Positions 1 through 12,102 of a stretch of DNA of 64,000 bases are shown here, one piece after another. The notes beneath the pieces are model-generated. The model saw only the letters and a list, made by a program, of their open reading frames with translations, ran no database searches and was not told the origin of the DNA. How positions within the stretch are numbered: the stretch's first letter is position 1; the number at the start of each line of letters is the position of its first letter. The DNA lies in assembly GCA_002269645.1 (NCBI GenBank), contig NIVC01000630.1:248001-312000 (forward strand). Reading direction: 5' to 3'. The DNA comes from Macrostomum lignano. Its lineage: Eukaryota. A program made the translations under genes and the position numbers.

Positions 1-134
1 ACTCGTACTAAGTCCGCCAGTAACCTTAAGAACCAATGTCAATTGCATATAGGCAGTTAAGGCCTACATTAAGATTTTCCGGTTAGTAGGCCTATTGCTG
101 AGGCCAATTACAATACAAACGTTTATTTTATCAG

Positions 135-402
135 GACAAACTGCGCGAGTAATGCAACCTCATGGAATTTTTCTGCGCTTGGATCAGCTTGAAGTACAAT
201 CGCCGAGAAACGTGTTTGAGTAAGTTTCAAGCTCGTTGAAAACTTTTTTACGACCAGTTGGAGAAAAATAATTGCGTCAATTCAGAAAACAATTTTCAAC
301 AGCCGGCATTTACAGAGAACTATGGTTGCAGATTCAGTCAGTTGGGATTTAATTGTACTTGTTAAAGAAGCAAAAGCAGGGGGAAATGATGCTTCAAGAT
401 AG
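135..402 (+). CDS. Probable last two coding exons of an unidentified gene entering from the left edge
   Basis: Acceptor ttttatcag|135, exon 135-219, donor GA|gtaagt, 83-nt intron, acceptor ttttcaacag|303, exon 303-402 ending in TAG. The spliced frame stays open: QTARVMQPHGIFLRLDQLEVQSPRNVFDRHLQRTMVADSVSWDLIVLVKEAKAGGNDASR*. No homology recognised. Confidence 0.4.
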
Positions 403-686
403 ATCATTTCCGTTCAAGAATATAGCATAGGAAAAAGTCAAAACTTTAATATTCGACAGACATGTACTACTCACAGTAGGGACATATCGAGTTTTTAGAT
501 AGATTTAAGTGTACAAAAATGGATATGCAATGAAGAAATGGAGCACAAATTGAAAAATTAATTCTTGCACAATAAAACAAATATAAAACAGTCAGCATGA
601 CAATTGAGGGCAAAATAACAAAAAATGCGCTTTTAAGAAATTGTAGATCCTATATTCTTAAATTTGGTAATCTTCAATATTTTTTA

Positions 687-1030
687 GTTGCCAACACAGA
701 TACTAAAATATCTAGATGGGGCCACTCAGGCATACATGTATATACTTAGTAAAGCAGCTTTCTACTGTCTGTTCTGTAGCAAAGAAGAATGCATAAGCTA
801 TTTTATATAAATAAAGGCAGATGAAATGACTGATAAGTTTAGAAGCCCAACCTTGCAGGCGTAAACGGCTTGCTAATTGGTTCAGCAATACCAGCTATGT
901 ACATTGGCAAGTCCACTGAAATACGTTAAAATGCTTCTGTTTAACTTACTACTGAACTGAAAGTAGCTTACACGCAAATATGCTGAGTGGCCCATCTAGT
1001 TATTCTACGAGTAGTATCTGTGGTTGCCAA
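687..1030. mobile_element. MITE-like element with ~45-bp imperfect terminal inverted repeats
   Basis: Left ...cacagatactaaaatatctagatggggccactcagg is matched in reverse complement by ctgagtggcccatctagttattctacgagtagtatctgtg at 983-1022. No clear TSD. Confidence 0.55.
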
Positions 1031-1426
1031 TAACGCAATTATTGCGGAGCTGTTACACGAGAGACATGTAAGAACAACAAAGTACAATTGCCTAAATAAG
1101 AATACGAACATTAATAATTTATTGAATTAATTTCGATTGTTAACATTTTTATACGCTTCTTTGTAGTTAGAAATAATTAGTGTATAAGTCTAATTGTTTC
1201 TGGCCTCTTTGATGGTAAAAGATTGATTAACCTTCCGAACTTGTAAGATCTTTTCGTATTACTGCTTCCGGAATCGTTAAGAGTTTTCTCAGTTGACACG
1301 ACTATATTACGGTCTTTGAGTGCTTCTTGCTCCCCCACTGGGGGGTATTATGGCTAGTCTACCAATACTAAATCTCTAATATAATGCAATTGTAATATAC
1401 AATCCACTAATTATTACTGAAAGTAT

Positions 1427-4308
1427 TCACCTAAGACTACCCATCAGTGCGAAGCTAGCTACCGATAGAAACGCTACCGCAACAACAACGGTCGTATCAA
1501 TGCATCTCCTGTTGCCATGGCAACCGTTGCCAACGTTGCCCCCGGCTGCGGCCGAATAGGCGGGCGACGGCGCGCCGACTTGTCTGGGCGAGGCGTCCTC
1601 GCTGGAAGCGGCTCCGGCCTGCTGCACGCGCTGGTCGGCCATCAGGTCCGCCAGCGGCTCGTAGGACCTCCGCCGACACCAGTCGGGCATGAGCTGGCTG
1701 TAGTACTTCACCACCAGCATCACGATGGGATTGGGGCAGCGAAGTCGGTCGCGAAGCAGCTCGCGTTCTACGCAGTTCAGAAACTGCAGACGATCGCTGG
1801 GTGATGAAGGAGTGTCGGGGCATTGAGGGTAACTGAGGTTAAATAAGATAAAGTTTTGCTGTAAATGTACTGGTTGTAAATTTTGCGGTTTTAGGGAAAA
1901 TTAGAACTGGTTGGCTAAAGGAGCATGGGATCAGTTGCTAAGGGAACCTAGAATTTGTCTTTAGGGACGCAAAGAGTCGGTTGTCAAGGCCAAAATCGTT
2001 AGTTGTCATGCACCGACACCTAGAATCGGTTGTCAAGGACGCCTTAAATCGGTTGTCAAGGACACCTAGAATCGGTTGTCAGGGACACCAACAATCGGTT
2101 ATGCCACCTACAATCGGTTGTCAAGGACGCCTAAAATCGGTCGTTACTGTTCCCAAAGTACGCTCGTACTCGCAGTTATATACTTAGATGGAATACTGTT
2201 AGATCTAGATTTAGTATAGTAGACTAGACCCCCCCCGTGGTCCCCTTCCCCATCGTCATTCAATGGCTGTCTCACTCGCACAGCTGCTCCTCCACCGTAC
2301 GCCTAATAAAAGCCAGAAAGGCGTCCATATCTGTGCGAATCGTCTGCGTGTTATGCTTCGTGTCGTTGATTGCCCGGCCAATTTTGGCGTTCGCCGCCTC
2401 GATAGTTGACGTGACGCTTTTGAAGCGGCTGCAGTAGCGGGCCTCCTGCAGGAACAGCCACAGGCACTCGGCGTGCCGCTCGAATACTGAAAATTGGTTT
2501 GGTTTAATGGCTGCTTTAGACATGCAAATTCGGGATCTGGTTTGGGATCTGGTTTGGGATCTGGTTTGGGATCTGTTTTGGGATCTGGTTTGGGATCTGT
2601 TTTGGGATCTGGTTTGGGATCTGGTTTGGGATCTGTTTTGGGATCTGGTTTGGGATCTGGATTGGGATCTAGATTGGGATCTGGTTTGGGATCTGGTTTG
2701 GGATCTGGTTTGGGATCTGGTTTGGGATCTGGTTTGGGATCTGGTTTGGGATCTGGTTTGGGATCTGGTTTGGGATCTGTTTTGGGATCTGGTTTGGGAT
2801 CTGGATTGGGATCTAGATTGGGATCTGGTTTGGGATCTGGTTTGGGATCTGGTTTGGGATCTGGTTTGGGATCTGGTTTGGGATCTGGTTTGGGATCTGG
2901 TTTGGGATCTGGTTTGGGATCTGGTTTGGGATCTGGTTTGGGATCTGGTTTGGGATCTGGTTTGGGATCTGGTTTGGGATCTGGTTTGGGATCTGGTTTG
3001 GGATCTGGTTTGGGATCTGGTTTGGGATCTGGTTTGGAATCTGGTTTGGGATCTGGTTTGGGATCTGGTTTGGGATCTGGTTTGGGATCTGGTTTGGGAT
3101 CTGGTTTGGGATCTGGTTTGGGATCTGGTTTGGGATCTGGTTTGGGATCTGGATTGGGATCTGGTTTGGGATCTGGATTTATCGTTAGGACTGGCCGATC
3201 ACGGCAACTCACTGCCAACATTGTGCCGCTCGCAGATGTAGTCTGCTGCCCGGGCGTACAGGTTATAATTGTAGACGCTGAGAATCATGATGTGAGTGAA
3301 GTCCATTTTATCGGTGCACTGCCGAGTGGCCTCATCCTGGAGGCATTTCAGACTCTTCACGTGGGTTCGATTGCTGCGAAAGTAGAAAAAAGTTGAATTA
3401 TAATCATACTTATAGTAGTGTATTTACAAGAAATCCCCTGGGAATGGCGCCCTTGGGAATGGCACCCCTGGGAATGGCACCCCTGGGGATGGCGCCCCTG
3501 GGAATGGCGCCCCTGGGAATGGCGCCCCTGGGAATGGCGCCCCTGGGAATGGCACCCCTGGGGATGGCGCCCCTGGGAATGGCGCCCCTGGGAATGGCGC
3601 CCCTGGGAATGGCGCCCCTGGGAATGGCACCCCTGGGGATGGCGCCCCTGGGAATGGCGCCCCTGGGAATGGCGCCCCTGGGAATGGCGCACCTGGAATA
3701 GCACCCCCGTGAATGGCACCCCTGGAATGGCACCCTAGGAATGTGCCACTGGGAATCCCCTGGGAATGGCGCCCCAGGAATGGCACCACTAGGAATGTGC
3801 CCGTGGAAATGGCGCCGTTGGGAGTGAAGCCCAAGCTGAGATTCCAATTTAGCCCAAATTAAAGTTACTGCACTTGGAATCGAGCCTGGGCCGCTTGGAC
3901 ATCAGAGCGCCGCGCTAGACCACTGGGCTACGGCCCCCCTCATGAGCAAAATACAAGCGCATCAATACTGTACGCAGGCACACGCTCATACACACGCTCA
4001 CGCAGGGTGTACAGCGGTCCGAGTAGGGATTGAGTTGGGCTGGGTGAGGAGGAATTGGGAAGAGTAGAGGGCGAAGATTTCATAGAGAGCGCTCACTGGC
4101 ACATCTGCCTGAGCAGGTTGAAGGGTTGCCAGCCGAAATTGTAGCCGCCGTCGAATAGATCTTTCGCTCCGTAATCTCTTTTGCAAGTGCGCCAGAGGGC
4201 GCCAATATTGCACCGCTGCTGTTGCTGGGCCGTCACCGCGGCTGACACGGGCGAAAGAAGCAGGGCTGGCAGGGACAGAAGCAGCGGCAGTGCCGGCAGC
4301 AGAGCCAT
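1427..4308 (-). CDS. Secreted, probably GPI-anchored cysteine-rich protein, DUF19-like (317 aa, 4 exons)
   Basis: Exons 4308-4097, 3373-3213, 2486-2276 and 1796-1427 (954 nt) join in frame; all three donors are GTGAG and acceptors are CAG. N-terminal signal peptide [23 protein letters not shown], 12 Cys in two 6-Cys halves (e.g. [30 protein letters not shown]), Ala/Ser/Pro/Gly linker, hydrophobic tail [22 protein letters not shown]. The family call rests on Cys spacing recalled for DUF19. Confidence 0.8.
1974..2143. repeat. Degenerate ~23-bp minisatellite (aatcggttgtcaaggacrcct) in intron 3 of the DUF19-like gene
   Basis: About 7 copies of the AATCGGTTGTC core are visible. Confidence 0.8.
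2531..3180. repeat. 12-bp minisatellite (GGGATCTGGTTT)n filling intron 2 of the DUF19-like gene
   Basis: ~54 near-perfect units; explains the PDPK/GSGL/DLVW ORFs. Confidence 0.97.
3436..3825. repeat. 15-bp minisatellite (CCCTGGGAATGGCGC)n in intron 1 of the DUF19-like gene
   Basis: ~25 units, degenerating at the right edge. Confidence 0.95.
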
Positions 4309-4354
4309 TGCTGGACCTGGAATACAACACGTAGATGACGTCAATATAATATTT

Positions 4355-5270
4355 ATTGTCACGTGATTTGTAGGTTATACTTGTATTTAGTATGTGACGC
4401 GATTTCTAGGATATATTGACAGTGATTTGTAGAATATATTGTGACGTGATTTGTAGGATATATTGTCACGTGGTTTATATGATTTATTGTCCCGTGATTT
4501 GTAGGATATTTTGTCACGTGATTTGTAGGATATATTGTCACGTGAATTCTAGGATATATTGTCACGTGATTTGTAGAATATATTGTCACGTTATTTGTAG
4601 GATATATTGTCACGTGATTTGTAGGATATCTTGTCACGTGATTTGTAGGATATATTGTCACGTGATTTGTAGGATATATTGTCACGTGAATTCTACGATA
4701 TATTGTCACGTGATTTGTAGGATATATTGTCACGTAATTTGTAGGATATATTGTCACGTGATTTGTAGGATATCTTGTCACGTGATTTGTAGGATATATT
4801 GTCACGTGATTTGTAGGATATATTGTCACGTGATTTGTAGGATATATTGTCACGTGATTTGTAGGATATATTGTCACGTGATTTGTAGGATATATTGTCA
4901 CGTGATTTGTAGGATTTATTGTCACGTGATTTGTAGGATATATTGTCACGTGATTTGTAGGATATATTGTCACGTGATTTGTAGGATATATTGTCACGTG
5001 ATTTGTAGGATATATTGTCACGTGATTTGTAGGATATATTGTCACGTGATTTGTAGGATATATTGTCACGTGATTTGTAGGATATATTGTCACGTGATTT
5101 GTAGGATATATTGTCACGTGAATTCTAGGATATATTGTCACGTGATTTGTAGGATATATTGTCACGTGATTTGTAGGATATATTGTCATGTGATTTGTAG
5201 GATATATTGTCACGTGAATTCTAGGATTTATTGTAACGTTGTTCATAAGATATATTGTCACGAGACATGT
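4355..5270. repeat. 24-bp minisatellite (GATTTGTAGGATATATTGTCACGT)n; most units carry TCACGTGA
   Basis: ~38 units starting ~50 bp upstream of the DUF19-like ATG. Confidence 0.97.
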
Positions 5271-6105
5271 GGCATGTCATGACAAAGTCTATTGTTTTCG
5301 TGCGTGTAGTGCGTGGCGAACAATGCCGTTATCAATAAAGACGCGAAATTAAATTTAAATATTGAATGGCCGGACAGTAAAATATTTAATCGGCATTTTT
5401 TAATCTTTCTCGAGCAAAACAGCTGGTAGAGTTTTCAGTATAATAAAAGAGAAGAAATATTCAACAATCAAATATTTTTTGGTCTCCATGACTATTTTTT
5501 GTTTATATTCAGTTTTGCTAAATCATCACGGAAAAAGCCGGAAATTCTAAGAAATCGTTAACGGTTGATTATTAATTTTGTTTTAATTCCTTTTTTTGTT
5601 AACTGTGGATGTTAATTAACTGACTAACTGGATGATGGCGAGTCAGTTTTTAACAAAATATAATTGTTTTTTTCCAAGAAATGAGAAATATGTACTTTTA
5701 CTTTCGACGCCTCAATTCATAGTCGTGGCACGAATCGAAATCGAAACTCTTCGATAGAAAATGATTTCGGAGTCTCTCTTTAAGCTCTGCACTTTGATTA
5801 GGGATTTCTGCGAATTTCAATTGCGCCTGGGGATTAGATAGGGCAAACGGAGTTCGGGATGCGTCTGCAGGGAGAGGAGAGGAGGAAAAAATCAAGTCTT
5901 AAATTAAGCTTTCCCAGCACGCAGTGATGTATATTTATTGGTTTTAAAAAACAACTGCGTCTGGCTTTTTAATTGTATGGGGCGTCATTTTTCAGCCTAA
6001 TTTCGGATATCTAATCGTTTCGCAATTTTTTAGTTTGTTTTATGTAGCTACATGTACTTGGATTTGGGCTGCAAGTGTCCTTTACTGAGGCGTTCATAGT
6101 AACGT

Positions 6106-6695
6106 AGAGTGGGGTAGAGTGGGCTAGAGTGGGGTAGAGTGGGGTAGAGTGGGGTGGAGTGGGGTAGAGTGGGGTAGAATGGGGTAGAGTGAGGTAGAGT
6201 GAGGTAGAGTGAGGTAGAGTGAGGTAGAGTGAGGTAGAGTGAGGTAGAGTGAGTTAGAGTGGGGTAGAGTGGGGTAGAGTGGGGTAGAGTGGGGTAGAGT
6301 GGGGTAGAGTGGGGTAGAGTGGGGTAGAGTGGGGTAGAGTGGGGTGGAGTGGGGTAGAGTGGGTAGAGTGGGGTAGAGTGAGGTAGAGTGAGGTAGAGTG
6401 AGGTAGAGTGAGGTAGAGTGAGTTAGAGTGGGGTAGAGTGGGGTAGAGTGGGGTAGAGTGGGGTAGAGTGGGGTAGAGTGGGGTAGAGTGGGGTAGAGTG
6501 GGGTAGAGTGGGGTAGAGTGGGGTAGAGTGGGGTAGAGTGGGGTAGAGTGGGGTAGAGTGGGGTAGAGTGGGCTAGAGTGGGGTAGAGTGGGGTAGAGTG
6601 CGGTAGAGTGAGGTAGAGTGAGTTAGAGTGGGGTAGAGTGGGGTAGAGTGGGGTAGAGTGGGGTAGAGTGGGGTAGAGTGGGGAAGTTAGAGTGA
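6106..6695. repeat. 10-bp G-rich minisatellite (AGAGTGGGGT)n
   Basis: ~58 units with GGGG runs, with GAGG variant blocks. Confidence 0.97.
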
Positions 6696-7348
6696 AGCGG
6701 AGCTATTCTCCAACTGTAATTTTAGATTAACATCTATTTTACCGGTACATTTAATTTTATGAATATCCCAGAGAGCTGAAGCGGTTAACGAAGCAATAAT
6801 TCATATTCATACTTAAGGTTAAGTTTCGCCAAGATTTTCTAGATCCTCAGGAAACTCAGCCAACAAGCAGATCTTGTTTGGTTGATGTCTTATTCTAAAA
6901 TCTGTCATTTGCAGACTGATATGCAAGCAGTCTTAGCCCGAGTATTAAGGGATTGTAATTCATAATCCCGCTAACCACTTAGGGGTTGGTCTGTCACTGG
7001 CAGAGATTTTTAGACGCTGCGATGGACTAAATTGCTAGCGTATAGGAGATATTGACGCCAATTCAAATAGAAACCTGGATTGGAAAAGAATGAATGCTGG
7101 AGACGTATATTGACTTATAATCTACCTGCTAAATTACAAAATGCTAATTAAAAGAGAATGTTACATCTAAGTATTTCATAACAGGTTACATTGAAGTTTG
7201 ATTTGAATTTTTATTCCTTTATGCTTTTTGTGTGTTTTTTTCTGTCTCTTAAATCAGAGTTGAGATGTAACATGCCAGCATTGCGAATTTCCTGACTGAT
7301 TTATGATTGCTATGTTTATCAACTAGATTATTGCGCAAATATGCTTCC

Positions 7349-7945
7349 TAGCCTCCTAAACACCCTCCTTCTCCAACACCTAAACACCCTCCTTCTCCGA
7401 CACCTTCTAAACACCCTCCTTCTCTGACACCTTCTAAACACCCTCCTTCTCTGACACCTTCTAAACACCCTCCTTCTCCGACACCTTCTAAACACCCTCC
7501 TTCTCCGACACCTCATAAACACCCTCCTTCTCTGACACCTTCTAAACACCCTCCTTCTCTGACACCTTCTAAACACCCTCCTTCTCCGACACCTCATAAA
7601 CACCCTCCTTCTCCGACACCTCCTAAACACCCTCCTTCTCCGACACCTCCTAAACACCCTCCTTCTCTGACACCTTCTAAACACCCTCCTTCTCTGACAC
7701 CTCCTAAACACCCTCCTTCTCCGACACCTCCTAAACACCCTCCTTCTCCGACACCTAAACATCCTCCTTCTCCGACACCTAAACATCCTCCTTCTCCGAC
7801 ACCTCCTAAACACCCTCCTTCTACGCCACTTAAACACCCTCTTTCTTCAACCCCTCAAAACACCCCTCCTCTTCTCTCTCTCATAAACACCTACCTCCTC
7901 TTAAACACCCATCCTCTTAACTAACCTCTAAACACCTCTCCTCTC
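7349..7945. repeat. 27-bp minisatellite (AAACACCCTCCTTCTCCGACACCTTCT)n
   Basis: ~18 units plus a degenerate right edge; source of the RRRRVFRRC ORF. Confidence 0.95.
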
Positions 7946-8499
7946 TACCAATTTTTAAGCATCCTTCCTCCACCCCACCGTTTCTGTGTTCCCCTGTATT
8001 CACATCTGATTTTCCTAAAGTACATAAAACTAGCTGCTAGTTTCCAGCTTCCATTCCTCATCGCATTGTTAAGCACCATCCCACACCATATGAGTACTTC
8101 AATTCGGAATCCAATTTAAAGAAAGAAGGCCGAACATCTGGTCAGCCAAGTCTCTAACGCAGCCAACTGGATCTCCATTGGTCCAGAGTTTTATCTTTCT
8201 CGATATGGGCGACTCAGCTATATAAAATTTGGTGCAATCCTCAACGGGATTAACCGTCTTTAATCGCCTCCCAGAACTACCCCTACCCCTTACCAAGCCT
8301 TTGCCGGGGTTCACTGCTCAGTTGGGGAATAAAATGGAGAGGGGTTGTTTCTAATTGGTGGGAGATTTTCCCCAACTCTCTTCCCCTTTAACCATGCAGC
8401 GACTCTTAAACAGCTGCGAGTGGAATACAAATTTTCTATCATCTTTTCTCTGACAGCGATGCGCTGATTGCGCAGGTTTTCTATTCTGCAAAGAAGTGG

Positions 8500-9712
8500 C
8501 AGAGAGGCAGAGAGGCAGAGAGGTAGAGAGTGTCAGAGAGCGGCAGAGAGCGACAGAGAGTGATAGAGAGTGACAGAAAATGGCATAGAGTGGAAGAGAA
8601 TGTCAAAGACTGGCAGAGGGCGGCAGAGAGCGGCAGAGGGCGGCAGAGAGCGGCAGAGAGTGACAGAGAGCGGCAGAGAGCGACAGAGAGTGATAGAGAG
8701 TGACAGAAAATGGCATAGAGTGGAAGAGAATGTCAAAGACTGGCAGAGGGCGGCAGAGAGCGGCAGAGGGCGGCAGAGAGCGGCAGAGAGTGACAGAGAG
8801 CGGCAGAGAGCGGCAGAGAGCGGCAGAGAGCGGCAGAGAGCGGCAGAGAGTGACAGAGAGCGGCAGAGAGCGGCAGAGAGCGGCAGAGAGCGGCAGAGAG
8901 CGGCAGAGAGCGGCAGAGAGTGACAGAGAGCGGCAGAGAGTGTCAGAGAGCGGCAGAGAGCGCCAGAGAGCGGCAGAGAGCGGCAGAGAGTGTCAGAGAG
9001 CGGCAGAGAGCGGCAGAGAGTGAAAGAGAGCGGCAGAGAGTGAAAGAGAGCGGCAGAGAGTGACAGAGAGCGGCAGAGAGTGAAAGAGAGCGGCAGAGAG
9101 TGAAAGAGAGCGGCAGAGAGTGAAAGAGAGCGGCAGAGAGTGAAAGAGAGCGGCAGAGAGTGAAAGAGAGCGGCAGAGAGTGAAAGAGAGCGGCAGAGAG
9201 TGAAAGAGAGCGGCAGAGAGTGAAAGAGAGCGGCAGAGAGTGAAAGAGAGCGGCAGAGAGTGAAAGAGAGCGGCAGAGAGTGACAGAGAGCGGCTGAGAG
9301 TGTCAGAGAGCGGCAGAGAGCGGCAGAGAGTGACAGAGAGCGGCAGAGAGCGGCAGAGAGTGAAAGAGAGTGGCAGAGAGTGTCAGAGAGCGGCAGAGAG
9401 TGACAGAGAGCGGCAGAGAGTGTCAGAGAGCGGCAGAGAGTGACAGAGAGCGGTAGAGAGTGTCAGAGAGCGGCAGAGAGCGGCAGAGAGTGACAGAGAG
9501 CGGCAGAGAGCGGCAGAGAGCGGCAGAGAGTGACAGAGAGCGGCAGAGAGCGGCAGAGAGCGGCAGAGAGCGGCAGAGAGCGGCAGAGAGCGGCAGAGAG
9601 CGGCAGAGAGTGACAGAGAGCGGCAGAGAGTGTCAGAGAGCGGCAGAGAGCGCCAGAGAGCGGCAGAGAGCGGCAGAGAGCGGCAGAGAGCGGCAGAGGG
9701 AGGCTGAGAGTA
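8500..9712. repeat. 10-bp minisatellite (CGGCAGAGAG/TGACAGAGAG)n with an internal 130-bp duplication
   Basis: Units are plainly visible; 8570-8699 recurs at 8700-8829. Confidence 0.96.
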
Positions 9713-10806
9713 AAAAGTCACAGAAAAAAATCTACATCATTTCCACTGTGACACCGCGCAAAGCAAGAGTCAGCCAATTTTTTTATTCAGCACCCAGCCT
9801 TGTAACCGTCTTCCATGCAGCACTGCCAATAGCTTCATTCTCAAAAAAGCCATCTCCTTAGCCATCCTTGACGGAATTAGAAAAATCACGAACAAGGCTT
9901 AACGAATGAATCATCATTATAGTTCGAGTTGCGAAGCAAAAGGATTAAAAAATCGCTATTTTTTAAGAGTAGCTTGGCAGTGATCAAGTGGACGAGAGTG
10001 ACCAGTTCTCACTGTAGCTCTCCGTGATTTTCTACCTTTCTAATTCTGTCTGTTAGTCCCGTGAACTACGTGCCACAATGCTGGGCTGGCCAATTTTTTA
10101 AAACTCTTCTTCTGCTCCTCTCCAGCCTCCGTCCCCCATCTCATCCTCGACAGCTTTGCGTGTCTTCTTGCCTTCCTCTTTTAGGGGAAGACCCCAACGA
10201 GGTCAGTCAAGGTAGGACTGAATAGCCCTTCGAAAAGTTAGAAGCCGTCTGAGTTCTTCACTATACTTGTCGTTTGATTTCTCCATTTTATTTTAATGAG
10301 AACAGCTAGCAGATCAAAGTTTCTAGATGGGGACAAGAGCGAGTCGGAACCTTGGTTTGGAACAAAGGGTAGAGTTGAAGGGATTGGCGAGATTAGAAAT
10401 CCACTCTGCTTCATCATGGAAGCAGCTCAGTGGTTTAACGCATCCGCATGGCTCTCTTGCGTCACGACCCCTGGTTCCTGGAGGACCAACAAACCCGAAG
10501 GCACAGAGATTGCACATGTCTTACAGGATTAGAAAGTCAAAGGGCCGCTGTGAACGTGTGTGTATGAGTGCTTAGCCAGAGTGCGCCAGATAAAATTAAA
10601 GCAAAGTCGTTAGTCATATTTGAATAAAATTGTCGATAAAGTAGTTTTATTGAGTCAGTAATTAAATATATGCACAAGTAAGTCATCAGCTGGGGTTTGT
10701 GTTTCAGTAGATGTGTGTTATTATCACGCAATACTCATAAATGCAAATGAATTGAATTGAATTTAATGTCGAATTGGATTTTTTAAAGGATTGCAATTAG
10801 TTACGA

Positions 10807-11460
10807 TTAGAGGCCTGTGGCTACGACAGCATTGACCAATTGAGCAATCAGGCCGATCAGTACCGGAGCAGCTGAAGGCAGCAAGTCGGCAGCATTCGAG
10901 CTCTCTTCCAGCAAGCTGGCAGTGACCTTCTCAACTCCCCATTTGTTGAGGCAGTCCTCGTCTCTGCAGCAGGCCCACAGCTTGCTGGTGCAATCTCTCT
11001 GAGTGACGCATCTGGTCTCTCTGGTCACAATGTTGACTGCGCAGCGATCAGGCTTGTTGCACATCTGGATTTCATCGTATGCATTGGAGTCGCGGCCCTT
11101 GGACACGTAGCATCGTGTCTGCTCTCGCAGTTCATCACCGGTGTTGCAGTTGTTGCTGGAGCAGCAATCCAGCTCATTCCAGTGCCGATCCCCGTGCCAC
11201 TCCGGGCATTCAACGACGCAGTCAAAAACAAATCTACCAACCATTTGTTTGTCATTGCAGTCGCTGACTGCGCTATTGTTCTGCAGTTTGTACGGTTTGA
11301 CAATGATTCGACAGGCTCTGGCGTGCGGCCCGCAATCCACCAAGTGCGGAGTGGACCCAACGCCGGTTTTGTAGCATTTGATTGCGCAGACTGGCTTGCG
11401 GCTCAGTAGGACGCTAACCAACAAGGCTACTAGGCGCCAATAAGTGGCTCTTGTCCTCAT
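10807..11460 (-). CDS. Intronless Ly6/uPAR (three-finger) protein with two LU domains, signal peptide and GPI-type tail (217 aa)
   Basis: Signal peptide ending VCA|IKCY. Domain 1 ends CCSSNNCN, the classic CCxxxxCN motif. Domain 2 runs RCY...CCRDEDCLN. Hydrophobic C-terminus PVLIGLIAQLVNAVVATGL. Confidence 0.85.
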   Translation of the reverse strand: MRTRATYWRLVALLVSVLLSRKPVCAIKCYKTGVGSTPHLVDCGPHARACRIIVKPYKLQNNSAVSDCNDKQMVGRFVFDCVVECPEWHGDRHWNELDCCSSNNCNTGDELREQTRCYVSKGRDSNAYDEIQMCNKPDRCAVNIVTRETRCVTQRDCTSKLWACCRDEDCLNKWGVEKVTASLLEESSNAADLLPSAAPVLIGLIAQLVNAVVATGL

Positions 11461-11605
11461 GCGTTCAGCCAGTTATCTTCAGTCTATCCTATTGCATTTA
11501 TGCTTTTGCAGTGCTAATTGCGATTCACCTGAGTAACACGTTTGACATAAAAAAGCTGCTTTAAGGGCAGCTTTATGGGCCATAGACAGTTTAGTCTCAA
11601 CTTTT

Positions 11606-11945
11606 CACAGCACCACAACTCAACAGCACCACAACTCAACAGCACCACAACTCAACAGCACCACAACTCAACAGCACCACAACTCAACAGCACCACAACT
11701 CAACAGCACCACAACTCAACAGCACCACAACTCAACAGCACCACAACTCAACAGCACCACAACTCAACAGCACCACAACTCAACAGCAACACAACTAAAC
11801 AGCACCACAACTCAACAGCAGCACAGCTCAACAAAGCAGCACAACTCAACAGCACCACAACTCAACAGCACCACAACTCAACAGCACCACAACTCAGCAG
11901 CAGCACAGCTCAACAAAGCAGCACACAAACCCACAAAATCACAAC
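11606..11945. repeat. 16-bp minisatellite (CACAACTCAACAGCAC)n upstream of the Ly6 gene
   Basis: ~20 units. Confidence 0.95.
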
Positions 11946-12069
11946 AATTTAATATACGATGATAAAAATGCTATTTGAATGTGTTTACCACTCTTCGAGT
12001 TTCCTAGATACGCTCGTAGGTACCCCAAACACAGTGACAAGATTATTCGTTCCCTTTACCTTATTTCTA

Positions 12070-12102
<33 letters not shown>

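Noticed and set aside
2256-3396. PDPK / GSGL / DLVW repeat proteins
   Set aside because: The repeat lies wholly within intron 2 of the DUF19-like gene, whose flanking exons splice in frame.
5698-8314. Minus-strand exon candidates near 5868, 7075 and 8310
   Set aside because: Acceptor-like sites exist, but I could not join them into a continuous frame or recognise a product.
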